Shown piece after piece: positions 52,307 to 61,070 of a stretch of DNA of 64,000 nt (position 1 is the first letter of the stretch; each line of letters starts with the position of its first letter). The notes under the pieces are model-generated. The model was not told where the DNA came from, made no database searches, and worked only from the letters and a program-made list of their open reading frames with translations. The position numbers and the translations under genes are program-made. The stretch is from the NCBI GenBank assembly GCA_016930695.1, contig JAFGGD010000059.1, positions 14,286-78,285 of the forward strand, written 5' to 3'. The DNA is from Candidatus Eiseniibacteriota bacterium. GTDB taxonomy: Bacteria; Orphanbacterota; Orphanbacteria; Orphanbacterales; Orphanbacteraceae.

Positions 52307-52404
52307 GGGTTCGTCTCCCCACGCCATTTCGGGCCGCCGGGACGGTCCGATGACCGATCAACCCGCACGTTTTCCGCGGCCCCCCGCGGAAATGGAGTTA
52401 CACG

Positions 52405-55400
52405 ATGCGTCGAGGACGAATGTCTATTCTACCGATCCTCATTGTGCTTCTGCTCGCAGGCGCGGCGACGACCGCCCATGCCGACGTGCTCGAGCAGGAG
52501 ATTCGTTTCGACCGGGACGCCCTGACCATCTACGGCGATGGGGAGTACGATCGAGTCGTCCTCCGCGGCACCTCTCTCCCCTTCGATCCGGGCGCGCCCG
52601 AATTACCGGTGAGCCCGTTTCATCTCGCCCTCCCCGGCGGCGCGGTCGTGGAATCGGTCGAGCTGACCGGCGCGGAGTGGACCCTCATCCCGGGCCGTTA
52701 CACGGTCCGCCCCACCCAACCACCCGCCGTGCTTTCCTACGAGGAACTCGGCATCGATCCCCCGGAACGCGCGGAACCGCGACAGGAAATTTATGCGTCA
52801 AGCGAACCGTGGCCGGCGGAACCGATCCTCTTCTCCGGCGACGGCTACATGGCGGGCGTGCATATCGCCGGATTCCAGATCTTTCCGGTCCGCTTCCGCC
52901 CCGACGCGGGCTCGATCGAGCTGTGCGAGCGGGCGACGGTGCGCGTCGTCTATCGGATCGAGAACGACGGGCGGCGTTACGAGCCGGCCGGCGACAGGAT
53001 AGAGCGCCCCATGGGGCGGGTCGTCACCGAACTGGTGGCGAACCCGCGGGATCTGGACGGCATGGACCTGCGCGCCATCGAGCCGAGCCTCCGCCTCCGA
53101 GACGGCGAGTCCTACGATTATCTGCTCATCTGCCCCATCGCCCACGCTCCTTACTACGAGCCGTTGGTGGAGTGGAAAACGCGCAAGGGGCTCAAGGTCC
53201 GCCTGATGGACCGCGACGAGATCGACAGCCTCTACGCCGGCATCGAGGAGGCGTCGGCGCGGATCCGCCAGGCGATCATCGACGCCTACGCCAATTGGGG
53301 AATCACCTACGTGCTTCTCGGCGGCGACCCGGACCGGATCGCCTCACGCGACACATGGGCGATGGACAGCGGACAGCTCGGCGGCTACAACTACATCCAC
53401 GCCGACCTCTACTACTCCGATCTCGACGGCGACTGGAACGCCAACGTCAACGCCCGCTACGGCCAGGTCGAGGACAACGTCGATCTCTACCCGGACGTGA
53501 TCGTCGGCCGCTTCTGCGCCCGAAACACCGCCCAGGTCGAGGCCATGGTTGCGAAGCAGCTCACTTACGAGAGAACGCCTCCCGTCGATTACCAGACCGA
53601 CATGCTCTTCACCGGTGAAGTGTTGTGGAGCGACCCGCTCACCGATTCCCGCGTCAGCCTGGACGCCATCGACGAGGAATTCGTGCCGTCCCGCTTCGAC
53701 CCGATCCAAAAGCTCTACGAAACACTGGGGAACGAGAACAGGACCACGGTGCTGAACGCCATCAACTCCGGCAAGAACTTCTGGCTCCACGACGGACACG
53801 GCCACTACGACGTGATGTCCGTGGGTGGCGGCACCCTTTACGGCGATTCCATGAAGGACCTGCACAACGGGCCGCGATTCAGCATCTGCTACTCCGTGGC
53901 GTGTCTCGCCGCCGGCTTCCAGCAGGAGGCGATCGCCGAGTGGTACGTGCGGAACGCCGACGGCGGCGGAGTCGCCTTCATCGGCAACAACAGCTTCGGC
54001 TGGGGGAGCCCGGGGAACCCGAAGTTCGGCTACTCGGACCGGCTGCAGCACCGCTTCTTCAAACAGCTCTTCCTGGACGGTATGCTCGGCGTCGGCCAGA
54101 ACCTCGCCGCGGTCAAGGCGTACTACGTGCCGCAGTCGCGCACCGAAAACGTCTATCGCTGGCATCAGTACTCGGTGAACCTGCTCGGCGAGCCCGAGTT
54201 CGCCGCCTGGACCGACATCCCCGACGAGCTCGACGTGGAACACCCCGCCGACATGCCCCTCGCGCCCGGCCTCTTCACGGTCACCGTCACCACGGGCGGG
54301 TCGCCGATGGAGGGAGCGACGGTCTGCGTCACCGACGACGGCGACGTTCACGTGACCGGCGTCACCGGCGCGGGCGGCCAGGCCGTCCTCGCCGTGACCC
54401 CTCTCACGGCGGACACGCTGCACGTCACGGTGACCGCCCATGACCACCTCCCCTATGAGGGAACGGCGGCGGTCTTCCCCTCCGGTCCCTATGCGTCCCT
54501 CACCGGCGCGGCGATCGACGACGCCTCCGGCGGGAACGACAACGGCCTGCCGAACGCGGGCGAGACGATCGACCTGACGCTCACCCTGGCGAACCCGGGG
54601 ACGGACGCGGCGACCGGCGTAACCGGCACGCTCCGCTCCGACGATCCGTGGGTCGTCGTGACGGACAGCGTCGCTTCCTTCGGCGATCTGCCGGCGGGCG
54701 GAAGCGCCGGAAACGCATCCCCCTTCGTCTTCACACTGGCTACCGGCGCGCCTGCGGGTCACTCCTGCCGGTTCGACCTGACCATCGCGTCCACTTCGGG
54801 CGGGCCCTGGTCGGGTGTTTATTCTCTTGTCGTCGCCGCGCCGCGGATTCGCTTCGCAGAGCTCGGCGTCGACGACCAAACCGGCGGAGACGGCGACGGC
54901 CGCGCCGAACCGGGCGAGAGCCTCACCCTTACCGCCCGCTTCCACAACTACGGCGACGACCTCTCCGAAGGCATGATCGCGACGGCGCGAAGCTCCAGCT
55001 CCTGGCTGGTGTTCACCGACCCCATCGCTTCCGCGGCGGACATCGCCGGTGGCGCCGAAGCGAACGCCCTCTTCGACGTGAACATCCCCGCCGGCTGCCC
55101 GGACCCGCACTTCGTCCTGGTCCGTTTCGACATCGCCGACGGAAACGGATACGCCTTCGCCGAAAGCACCCTCGTCGCGATCGGCGAAACCGGCTTCGCC
55201 GACGACCTGGAGTCGGGAGGGGTCGACTGGACCCACGGCGGCTCGAACGATCTTTGGCATCTATCGCCGAATCGAACCCACAGCGGAAACGCCTCGTGGT
55301 ACGCCGGACGCCAGGACACGAGTGTCTACGATCCCGGCATGAACGCTTGGCTCGACGCGCCGTCCATCGCCCTCGATCCGGACCCGAGCCTCTCCTTCTG

Positions 55401-55992
55401 GCTCTGGCACGAGGTGGCGACCTACGGGAGCGACGGGCTCTACGTGATCCTCACCAAGGACGCGGTCCACGACACGATCGACTGGATCGCCTCGGGCGGC
55501 GCGCTCGCTCCACTCGTCATCGGCAACGACTGGATGGAGTTCCACTACGACCTCTCCTTCCGCGGTTACGAGGCGGGAGACGAGGTGCAGCTCACCTTCG
55601 CCGTGAAGACCGACGACGACGAGGACATCGCCGAGGGGTTCTACATCGACGACGTGGTGATCACGGGAACGCTGGCGGTCGCGACCGGCGTCGAGATGGC
55701 GGCCGGCGCGCCCCGGGTGACCGAGCTTCGCGGCGCATCTCCGAACCCCTTCAACCCGACCACCACCCTCCACTTCTCCACGGCGGCCGCGGGACCGGTC
55801 CGTCTCGCCGTATATGACGTGCAGGGACGGCTGGTGCGTACTCTCGTCGATCGCGCGCTCCCGGCGGGCGCCCATGAAACGGTTTGGGACGGCCGGAACG
55901 GCGCCGGAACGCCCGTTGCGAGCGGGATCTACCTCACGCGCCTCGATGCGGCGGGGGAGGCGCGCTCTTCCAAGGTGGTGCTCCTCAGATAG
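52405..55992 (+). CDS. C25 family (gingipain-like) cysteine peptidase with propeptide, Ig-like domains and FlgD-Ig tail
   Basis: Signal peptide, YVLLGGD, DLYYSDLDG, VGRF, LHDGHG (His), SVAC (Cys), NLLGEP; PNPFNP...WDGRNGAG tail. Confidence 0.9.
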   Translation: MRRGRMSILPILIVLLLAGAATTAHADVLEQEIRFDRDALTIYGDGEYDRVVLRGTSLPFDPGAPELPVSPFHLALPGGAVVESVELTGAEWTLIPGRYTVRPTQPPAVLSYEELGIDPPERAEPRQEIYASSEPWPAEPILFSGDGYMAGVHIAGFQIFPVRFRPDAGSIELCERATVRVVYRIENDGRRYEPAGDRIERPMGRVVTELVANPRDLDGMDLRAIEPSLRLRDGESYDYLLICPIAHAPYYEPLVEWKTRKGLKVRLMDRDEIDSLYAGIEEASARIRQAIIDAYANWGITYVLLGGDPDRIASRDTWAMDSGQLGGYNYIHADLYYSDLDGDWNANVNARYGQVEDNVDLYPDVIVGRFCARNTAQVEAMVAKQLTYERTPPVDYQTDMLFTGEVLWSDPLTDSRVSLDAIDEEFVPSRFDPIQKLYETLGNENRTTVLNAINSGKNFWLHDGHGHYDVMSVGGGTLYGDSMKDLHNGPRFSICYSVACLAAGFQQEAIAEWYVRNADGGGVAFIGNNSFGWGSPGNPKFGYSDRLQHRFFKQLFLDGMLGVGQNLAAVKAYYVPQSRTENVYRWHQYSVNLLGEPEFAAWTDIPDELDVEHPADMPLAPGLFTVTVTTGGSPMEGATVCVTDDGDVHVTGVTGAGGQAVLAVTPLTADTLHVTVTAHDHLPYEGTAAVFPSGPYASLTGAAIDDASGGNDNGLPNAGETIDLTLTLANPGTDAATGVTGTLRSDDPWVVVTDSVASFGDLPAGGSAGNASPFVFTLATGAPAGHSCRFDLTIASTSGGPWSGVYSLVVAAPRIRFAELGVDDQTGGDGDGRAEPGESLTLTARFHNYGDDLSEGMIATARSSSSWLVFTDPIASAADIAGGAEANALFDVNIPAGCPDPHFVLVRFDIADGNGYAFAESTLVAIGETGFADDLESGGVDWTHGGSNDLWHLSPNRTHSGNASWYAGRQDTSVYDPGMNAWLDAPSIALDPDPSLSFWLWHEVATYGSDGLYVILTKDAVHDTIDWIASGGALAPLVIGNDWMEFHYDLSFRGYEAGDEVQLTFAVKTDDDEDIAEGFYIDDVVITGTLAVATGVEMAAGAPRVTELRGASPNPFNPTTTLHFSTAAAGPVRLAVYDVQGRLVRTLVDRALPAGAHETVWDGRNGAGTPVASGIYLTRLDAAGEARSSKVVLLR

Positions 55993-56037
55993 GGGCGGCG
56001 TTTCCCGCGAGCGCCGCGCGACAACCGAACGGAGAGA

Positions 56038-56066
56038 GGCCCGGGGCGTCGTGCCCCGGGCCTTTT
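56038..56066 (+). terminator. Rho-independent terminator
   Basis: GGCCCGGGGC-GTCGT-GCCCCGGGCC-TTTT after the C25 gene. Confidence 0.8.
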
Positions 56067-56327
56067 ACGACCGGGACGATCCTCGACGGAAAGGGATTGC
56101 TTCCGCGCCTCCCGGCCGCGAACCGGCGTCCCTTCGCCTCGAGATTCGGACGGGTGGCGAAACCGCAACTCCCCATATAACCGAAGGGGGGTGCCGATCC
56201 CGTGGTTGCCCCAACACGGCCGTTTCGAAATCCGGTATAATTATGCGAAAGGATGTCGCCCCCCCCGCGGGACGCGACAACCGACTCCGCGCCCCAACAC
56301 CGGAAAAGACAACAAGAGGTCCTCGGC

Positions 56328-58121
56328 GTGCGCGCATTTCATTCCCCGTCTCCGGCGGCCCATCCTCTTCCGCGCGCCCGCCCGGCGCGCAGGCCCCGTT
56401 TCCCTCTCGCCCTCCTTCTCGTCGTCCTCGGGGCGTTCGCGACCGCGCCGAGCATCCGCGCCCAGAACGTGGAATGGGGCCGCCTGCCCGAGTCGCTGCG
56501 GCTCTTCCCCCGGGACGCATCGGACTCCTGCGCCGTCACGGTCGAGGGGACGGTTCTCGGCGGCGACTTCGACTCCGTCTCCGTCACCGTGCTCCGCGAC
56601 GACATCCCATCCCTGCGCCTTGCGGAACCACTCATATACGAAGGTGTGCGGGCGCCCTTTTCGTTTTCCCTCCCCCTGCGCGCCGAACTCGCGGAATACG
56701 ATCTTCTGGTTCATCTCGACACGGTGCTCGTCGCCGAAAGGGAGAGCCTTCTCTGCGGCGACGTGTTGTTGATCAACGGGCAGTCGAACGCCGTCGCCTA
56801 CGATTACGGCGGGGTGGTGACGAACCGCTCGGAGTGGGTCCGCTCCTTCGGCACAACCGAGGCCGATTCTTCGGCGTGCGAAGCGGACACGCTTTGGGGG
56901 CTCGCCCAGGCTCACGAGCGATACGCCCCCCTGGCGGTCGGCGTTTGGGGACTCCGGCTCGGCGAGAAGATCGCCACACGTTTCGGCGTGCCGGTCTGTC
57001 TGTTGAACGGGGCGGTCGGGTCGACCTTCATCCAACAGCACAAAAGGAAATCACCGCCCCTGGAGCGCCTCTCGACGATCTACGGCCGCCTGTTCTACCG
57101 CGCGCGGAAGGCCGGTTTGGACGGCGCCGCACGGGCGATGCTCTGGTATCAGGGGGAGGCCAACACGTCATCGCCCGCTCCCACTTACGCGGGTCATTTC
57201 GCCGAGCTTCACGCGGCATGGAAGGAGGACTATCCGGCGCTGGAGCGGATCTACGTCTTTCAGATTCGCCCCGGTTGCGGGGAAGACCACCAGGGCCTCT
57301 TGCGGGAGGTGCTGCGCCGCCTGCCCGAAGCTCACGAAGACGTGGTCGCTCTCTCCACCGCCGGCCTTCCCGGCCACGACGGCTGCCATTTTGATTCCTG
57401 CGGCTACGGCCGAATGGCCGAGTGGGCGTCCCTGTCGGTCGGCCGAGATCTTTACGGCTCAACGGATACCGCCGGCGCCCGTCCGCCGAACCCGATCGAG
57501 GCGCACTTCGCCGATTCCAACCGGGACGCGATTCTCGTCCGCTTCGACCAACCGATTGTCTGGCCGTTGGACACTCTCGGCGCGCCTCTCGAGGATTTTT
57601 TCTATCTGAACGACTCGAGCGTGTGGGTGATCGGGGGCGCCGTCACGGAGGATTCGGCCGTGCTCCGCCTCGATCTGGCCGGCACGACGGGCGCCGATTC
57701 ACTCACCTATCTTCCGGACTGTTGCTACGAGGGGTCCACGACGTCCTACAAGGGGCCGTGGATTCGGAACGGCCGAGGGATCGGAGCCTTCTCTTTTCAC
57801 AAGGTCCGCATGCGCGGCCCCCTGTCGACCGGCGTGAGCGCGGGTGAGCGGTCGATCCCTCCCGCCCTCCACTTAGAGGCCGCCCCGAATCCCTTCAACG
57901 CCTCCATTACGATCCGCGCGGACATTCCCGCGGCGGGGCCGGTTCGCCTCACCGCCTTCGACGCGCTCGGACGGCGCGCGGCGGTCCTCTTCGACGGCGA
58001 GGCGGGACCGGAGCCGTTCGTCCGCGAATGGAGCCCGGCCGATCTCCCGAGCGGCGTCTACTTCATCCGCCTGGAAAGCGGCGGCCGGAGCGCGATCCGC
58101 AAGACGATCCTGCTGAAATAG
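56328..58121 (+). CDS. Secreted SGNH/SASA (sialate O-acetylesterase/CE6-like) esterase with T9SS-like C-terminal sorting domain
   Basis: INGQSNA, WYQGEAN, DGCH; PNPFN...FDALGR...SGVYFIRL; GTG 56328 with GAGG SD (ORF track start 56253). Confidence 0.85.
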   Translation: MRAFHSPSPAAHPLPRARPARRPRFPLALLLVVLGAFATAPSIRAQNVEWGRLPESLRLFPRDASDSCAVTVEGTVLGGDFDSVSVTVLRDDIPSLRLAEPLIYEGVRAPFSFSLPLRAELAEYDLLVHLDTVLVAERESLLCGDVLLINGQSNAVAYDYGGVVTNRSEWVRSFGTTEADSSACEADTLWGLAQAHERYAPLAVGVWGLRLGEKIATRFGVPVCLLNGAVGSTFIQQHKRKSPPLERLSTIYGRLFYRARKAGLDGAARAMLWYQGEANTSSPAPTYAGHFAELHAAWKEDYPALERIYVFQIRPGCGEDHQGLLREVLRRLPEAHEDVVALSTAGLPGHDGCHFDSCGYGRMAEWASLSVGRDLYGSTDTAGARPPNPIEAHFADSNRDAILVRFDQPIVWPLDTLGAPLEDFFYLNDSSVWVIGGAVTEDSAVLRLDLAGTTGADSLTYLPDCCYEGSTTSYKGPWIRNGRGIGAFSFHKVRMRGPLSTGVSAGERSIPPALHLEAAPNPFNASITIRADIPAAGPVRLTAFDALGRRAAVLFDGEAGPEPFVREWSPADLPSGVYFIRLESGGRSAIRKTILLK

Positions 58122-58142
58122 CCGGGCGGCGCGAAAGAGAGC

Positions 58143-58175
58143 GGGTGCGGGCAAGGATCCCGCACCCCTCATTTG
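58143..58175. terminator. Hairpin terminator between convergent genes
   Basis: GGGTGCGGG-CAAGGAT-CCCGCACCC followed by CTCATTTGTTT. Confidence 0.6.
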
Positions 58176-58176
58176 T

Positions 58177-59151
58177 TTAAGCAGGAACGGCGGGGGCGAA
58201 CGCCGCGCTCGTCCGGGCGTCCCCGCGACTCCGATAAACCGGGGAGCACCAGCCGCGGTACTCCGGCTCGGCGCCGACGACGACCCGCTCGAATAGGGAG
58301 CGAAGCCGGCGGGTGATCGGTCCCGGCCGGCCGTCGCCGATGGTTCGCCGGTCCACCTCGGTCACGGGGACGATGTTCACCGCCGTTCCGCAGAGGAACG
58401 CCTCGTCGGCGGCGTAAACCTCGGAACGGTCGATGCGGCGCTCGATCACTTCCATCCCCCGGTCTCGGGCGAGACGGATGAAGGCGTCCCGGGTGATGCC
58501 CTCCAAGATTTCGTCGGCCGACGGAGGCGTATGGAGCGCGCCGTTCCGCGCGAGAAAGAGGTTCGCGGCGCTCGCCTCCGAGACGTGACCGTCGGCGGTG
58601 AGCATCAGCGCGTCGTCGAATCCGTTCTCACGCGCCTCGCTCTTGGCGAGCGCCGAGTTGACGTAGGCGCCGTTGATCTTTCCTCTCGGCGGGATGGCGT
58701 CATCGGCGACCCGCCGCCAGCTCGACACCATGAGCCGGGCCCCTTCCGGCTTATCGATGTAGGCGCCCAACGGAACGGCGAACATGGTGAAGTCGCTCCC
58801 GATCCCGTCGAGGCGAACACCGATCTTGTGGTCGGATTTGTAGGCCACGGGACGGATGTACGCATCTTCCCGGAAACTTTCGGTACGAAGGAGATCGAGC
58901 GTGGCGGCCGAGAGGCCGTCCGCGTCGAAGGGGATCTCGATCCGCAGGATACGGCATCCCCGGAGAAGACGCTCGAAGTGCTCCCGCATGCGAAAGACGT
59001 ACAGCTCCTCCCGTTCGTCGGACCAGAAGGCGCGCAAGCCTTCGAAGACGGCGGTGCCGTAGAGGAAAGCGGAGGTCATGACGCTGATCCTCGCTTCGTC
59101 GATCGGCGCTATGGTTCCGCCGAAAAACGCGTACCGGTTCTTTCCGGTCAT
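58177..59151 (-). CDS. ilvE: Branched-chain amino acid aminotransferase (class IV)
   Basis: FLYGTAVFEG, KINGAYVNS, SEASAANLF, ILEGITR, FLCGTA. Confidence 0.93.
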   Translation of the reverse strand: MTGKNRYAFFGGTIAPIDEARISVMTSAFLYGTAVFEGLRAFWSDEREELYVFRMREHFERLLRGCRILRIEIPFDADGLSAATLDLLRTESFREDAYIRPVAYKSDHKIGVRLDGIGSDFTMFAVPLGAYIDKPEGARLMVSSWRRVADDAIPPRGKINGAYVNSALAKSEARENGFDDALMLTADGHVSEASAANLFLARNGALHTPPSADEILEGITRDAFIRLARDRGMEVIERRIDRSEVYAADEAFLCGTAVNIVPVTEVDRRTIGDGRPGPITRRLRSLFERVVVGAEPEYRGWCSPVYRSRGDARTSAAFAPAVPA

Positions 59152-59249
59152 GGTTCACACCTCCTCGCCGGGCCGTCGGCCCGACCGCGTGAATCGCGGA
59201 CCACGACGAGGCGAGGAACCGGCGGAAGCCGGACGCGCGCGGTCCGCTG

Positions 59250-60737
59250 CTACAAAATCGGTTTGGTCGTCGCCTCCTCGACGGCGTCCGGCGACGGCGC
59301 CCCTCTTTCGACGCGCCGGAGGGCATCGCCGAGCCGGCGCACTCCCTCGCGGAGCCTCTCCGGCGTCTCGCCGGTGAAGGAGAGACGGACCCGATCGTGG
59401 CCGCGGCCGTCGGGATGGAAGATCTCTCCCGAAAGAATCATCACCTTCCGGTCCAGCGCCTCCCGGAGAAGACGGCGGGCGCCCACCTCGCGGGGAAGAC
59501 GGCCCCAAATGAAGAAGCCCCCTTCGGGGACGGAGAAACGGATCGTCGGGCAGTGGCGGCGGAGGGCGTCGGCCATCGCCTCCCGGTTCGCCCGGTACTC
59601 GACGCGGACACGATCGATATGGCGATCCAGCGCACCGCCGCTCCAGAATCGTTGAACCATCGCCTGGGAGAGCGCGCCGGTAAAGAGGTCGAGCCGGTAC
59701 TTCGCGGCGACCATCGGCTCCATCAGGCGGCGCGGCGCGCCGAGAACACCGACCCGCAATCCGGAGACAAGGATCTTGGAGAAGGTGGTCAGATAAATCA
59801 CGTAGCCGTGCGTGTCGAGCGCCTTCAACGACGGAACCGCGCCGCCATCGTAGCGAAGCGGCGTGTAGGGGTCGTCCTCGACGACGGGGACGCGGTATCG
59901 ATAGGCGAGTTCGAGTAGGGCACGGCGCTTCCCCAGGCTCATGGTGACGCCCGTCGGGTTCTGAAATGTGGGAACGGTGTAGATGAACTTGGGCTGCGTG
60001 CGGGCGAGCACCTCCCCCAGCATTTCCAGGTCGATGCCGTCCTCCGCGACGGGGACGCCGATCACCCGCGCCCCGGCGTCGCGGAAGATCTGCAGCGCGC
60101 CGAGATAGGTGGGCGACTCGACGACAACGAAGTCGCCTGGATCGATAAAGAGCGCGGAGACGAGGAAAAGCCCCTGCGTCGATCCGGCGAGGATCATCGT
60201 CGCGGCCGGATCGAGCCCGTCGAGGCGCTCCGCGGCGAGACGGCGAAGGGGCGGGTATCCCTCGGCGGGGCACCAATGGAGGGCGGCCCTCCCCTCCTCG
60301 GCGAACGCCGCGTTCGCCGCCTCGCGCAGATCCTCCATCGGATAGAGGTGCGGCGCCGGTAGCCCGGCCGCGAGGGAGACCAGGTCCTCCCGCGCGAAAA
60401 GACGGAAAAGCTCGCCCGACTCGGCGTCGTGGCCGCCGACCCGCGCGCCGAGGAGCATGCTCCAAGGGGGCGGAGCGACGGCGCGACGCTTCTCTCCGGC
60501 GGGGAGGCGGACCACCGTGCCGCTCCCGACGCGCCCCTCGACCAACCCCTCCGACCAAAGCCGCTGGTATGCCTGCACGACCGTGCTCCTGTTCACCCCC
60601 AACTCCGCCGCCAGGCGGCGGGTCGGCGGGAGCCTCCGGTCCTCCGGAATCGCCCCGGTGAGGATCTGCTCCCGGATCCCATTCGCGATTTGAAGATGGA
60701 TCGGTGTCGGGCTCTCTCGATCCAGCTGCATCCGCAT
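59250..60737 (-). CDS. MocR/GabR-type regulator (GntR HTH plus PLP aminotransferase-like domain)
   Basis: LPPTRRLAAELGVNRSTVVQAY, VGSGTVV, EDDPY, TFSKILVSGLRVG. Confidence 0.93.
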   Translation of the reverse strand: MRMQLDRESPTPIHLQIANGIREQILTGAIPEDRRLPPTRRLAAELGVNRSTVVQAYQRLWSEGLVEGRVGSGTVVRLPAGEKRRAVAPPPWSMLLGARVGGHDAESGELFRLFAREDLVSLAAGLPAPHLYPMEDLREAANAAFAEEGRAALHWCPAEGYPPLRRLAAERLDGLDPAATMILAGSTQGLFLVSALFIDPGDFVVVESPTYLGALQIFRDAGARVIGVPVAEDGIDLEMLGEVLARTQPKFIYTVPTFQNPTGVTMSLGKRRALLELAYRYRVPVVEDDPYTPLRYDGGAVPSLKALDTHGYVIYLTTFSKILVSGLRVGVLGAPRRLMEPMVAAKYRLDLFTGALSQAMVQRFWSGGALDRHIDRVRVEYRANREAMADALRRHCPTIRFSVPEGGFFIWGRLPREVGARRLLREALDRKVMILSGEIFHPDGRGHDRVRLSFTGETPERLREGVRRLGDALRRVERGAPSPDAVEEATTKPIL

Positions 60738-61070
60738 AAAAGCCCCCTTTGGATCGTTCCAATCCAGTTTATATAGTGGAATAACCGATAAAAACCGCCA
60801 TTGGGTCGCTATCTACACCATCCAATATGCACGATCAACATGGGACGCGGCAAGAGGGAGAAGGGGACAGGGGGGCCGGGAAAGGCTCCTAATAGACCGA
60901 CCACCTGTTACTAGAATCGGTTGGATGGCCCGAGCCAAAGGGGCCGGATGCTCGCGGACAGGCGAGAAGCCCCAAAACGGTACGCCCGGACGGCCCGGAA
61001 TTGGTCGGTGTCGCACGAAAAAAGGACGCCGCGCGGGGCGGCGCCCCTTCGAGATTCTCTGTGTGATCCC

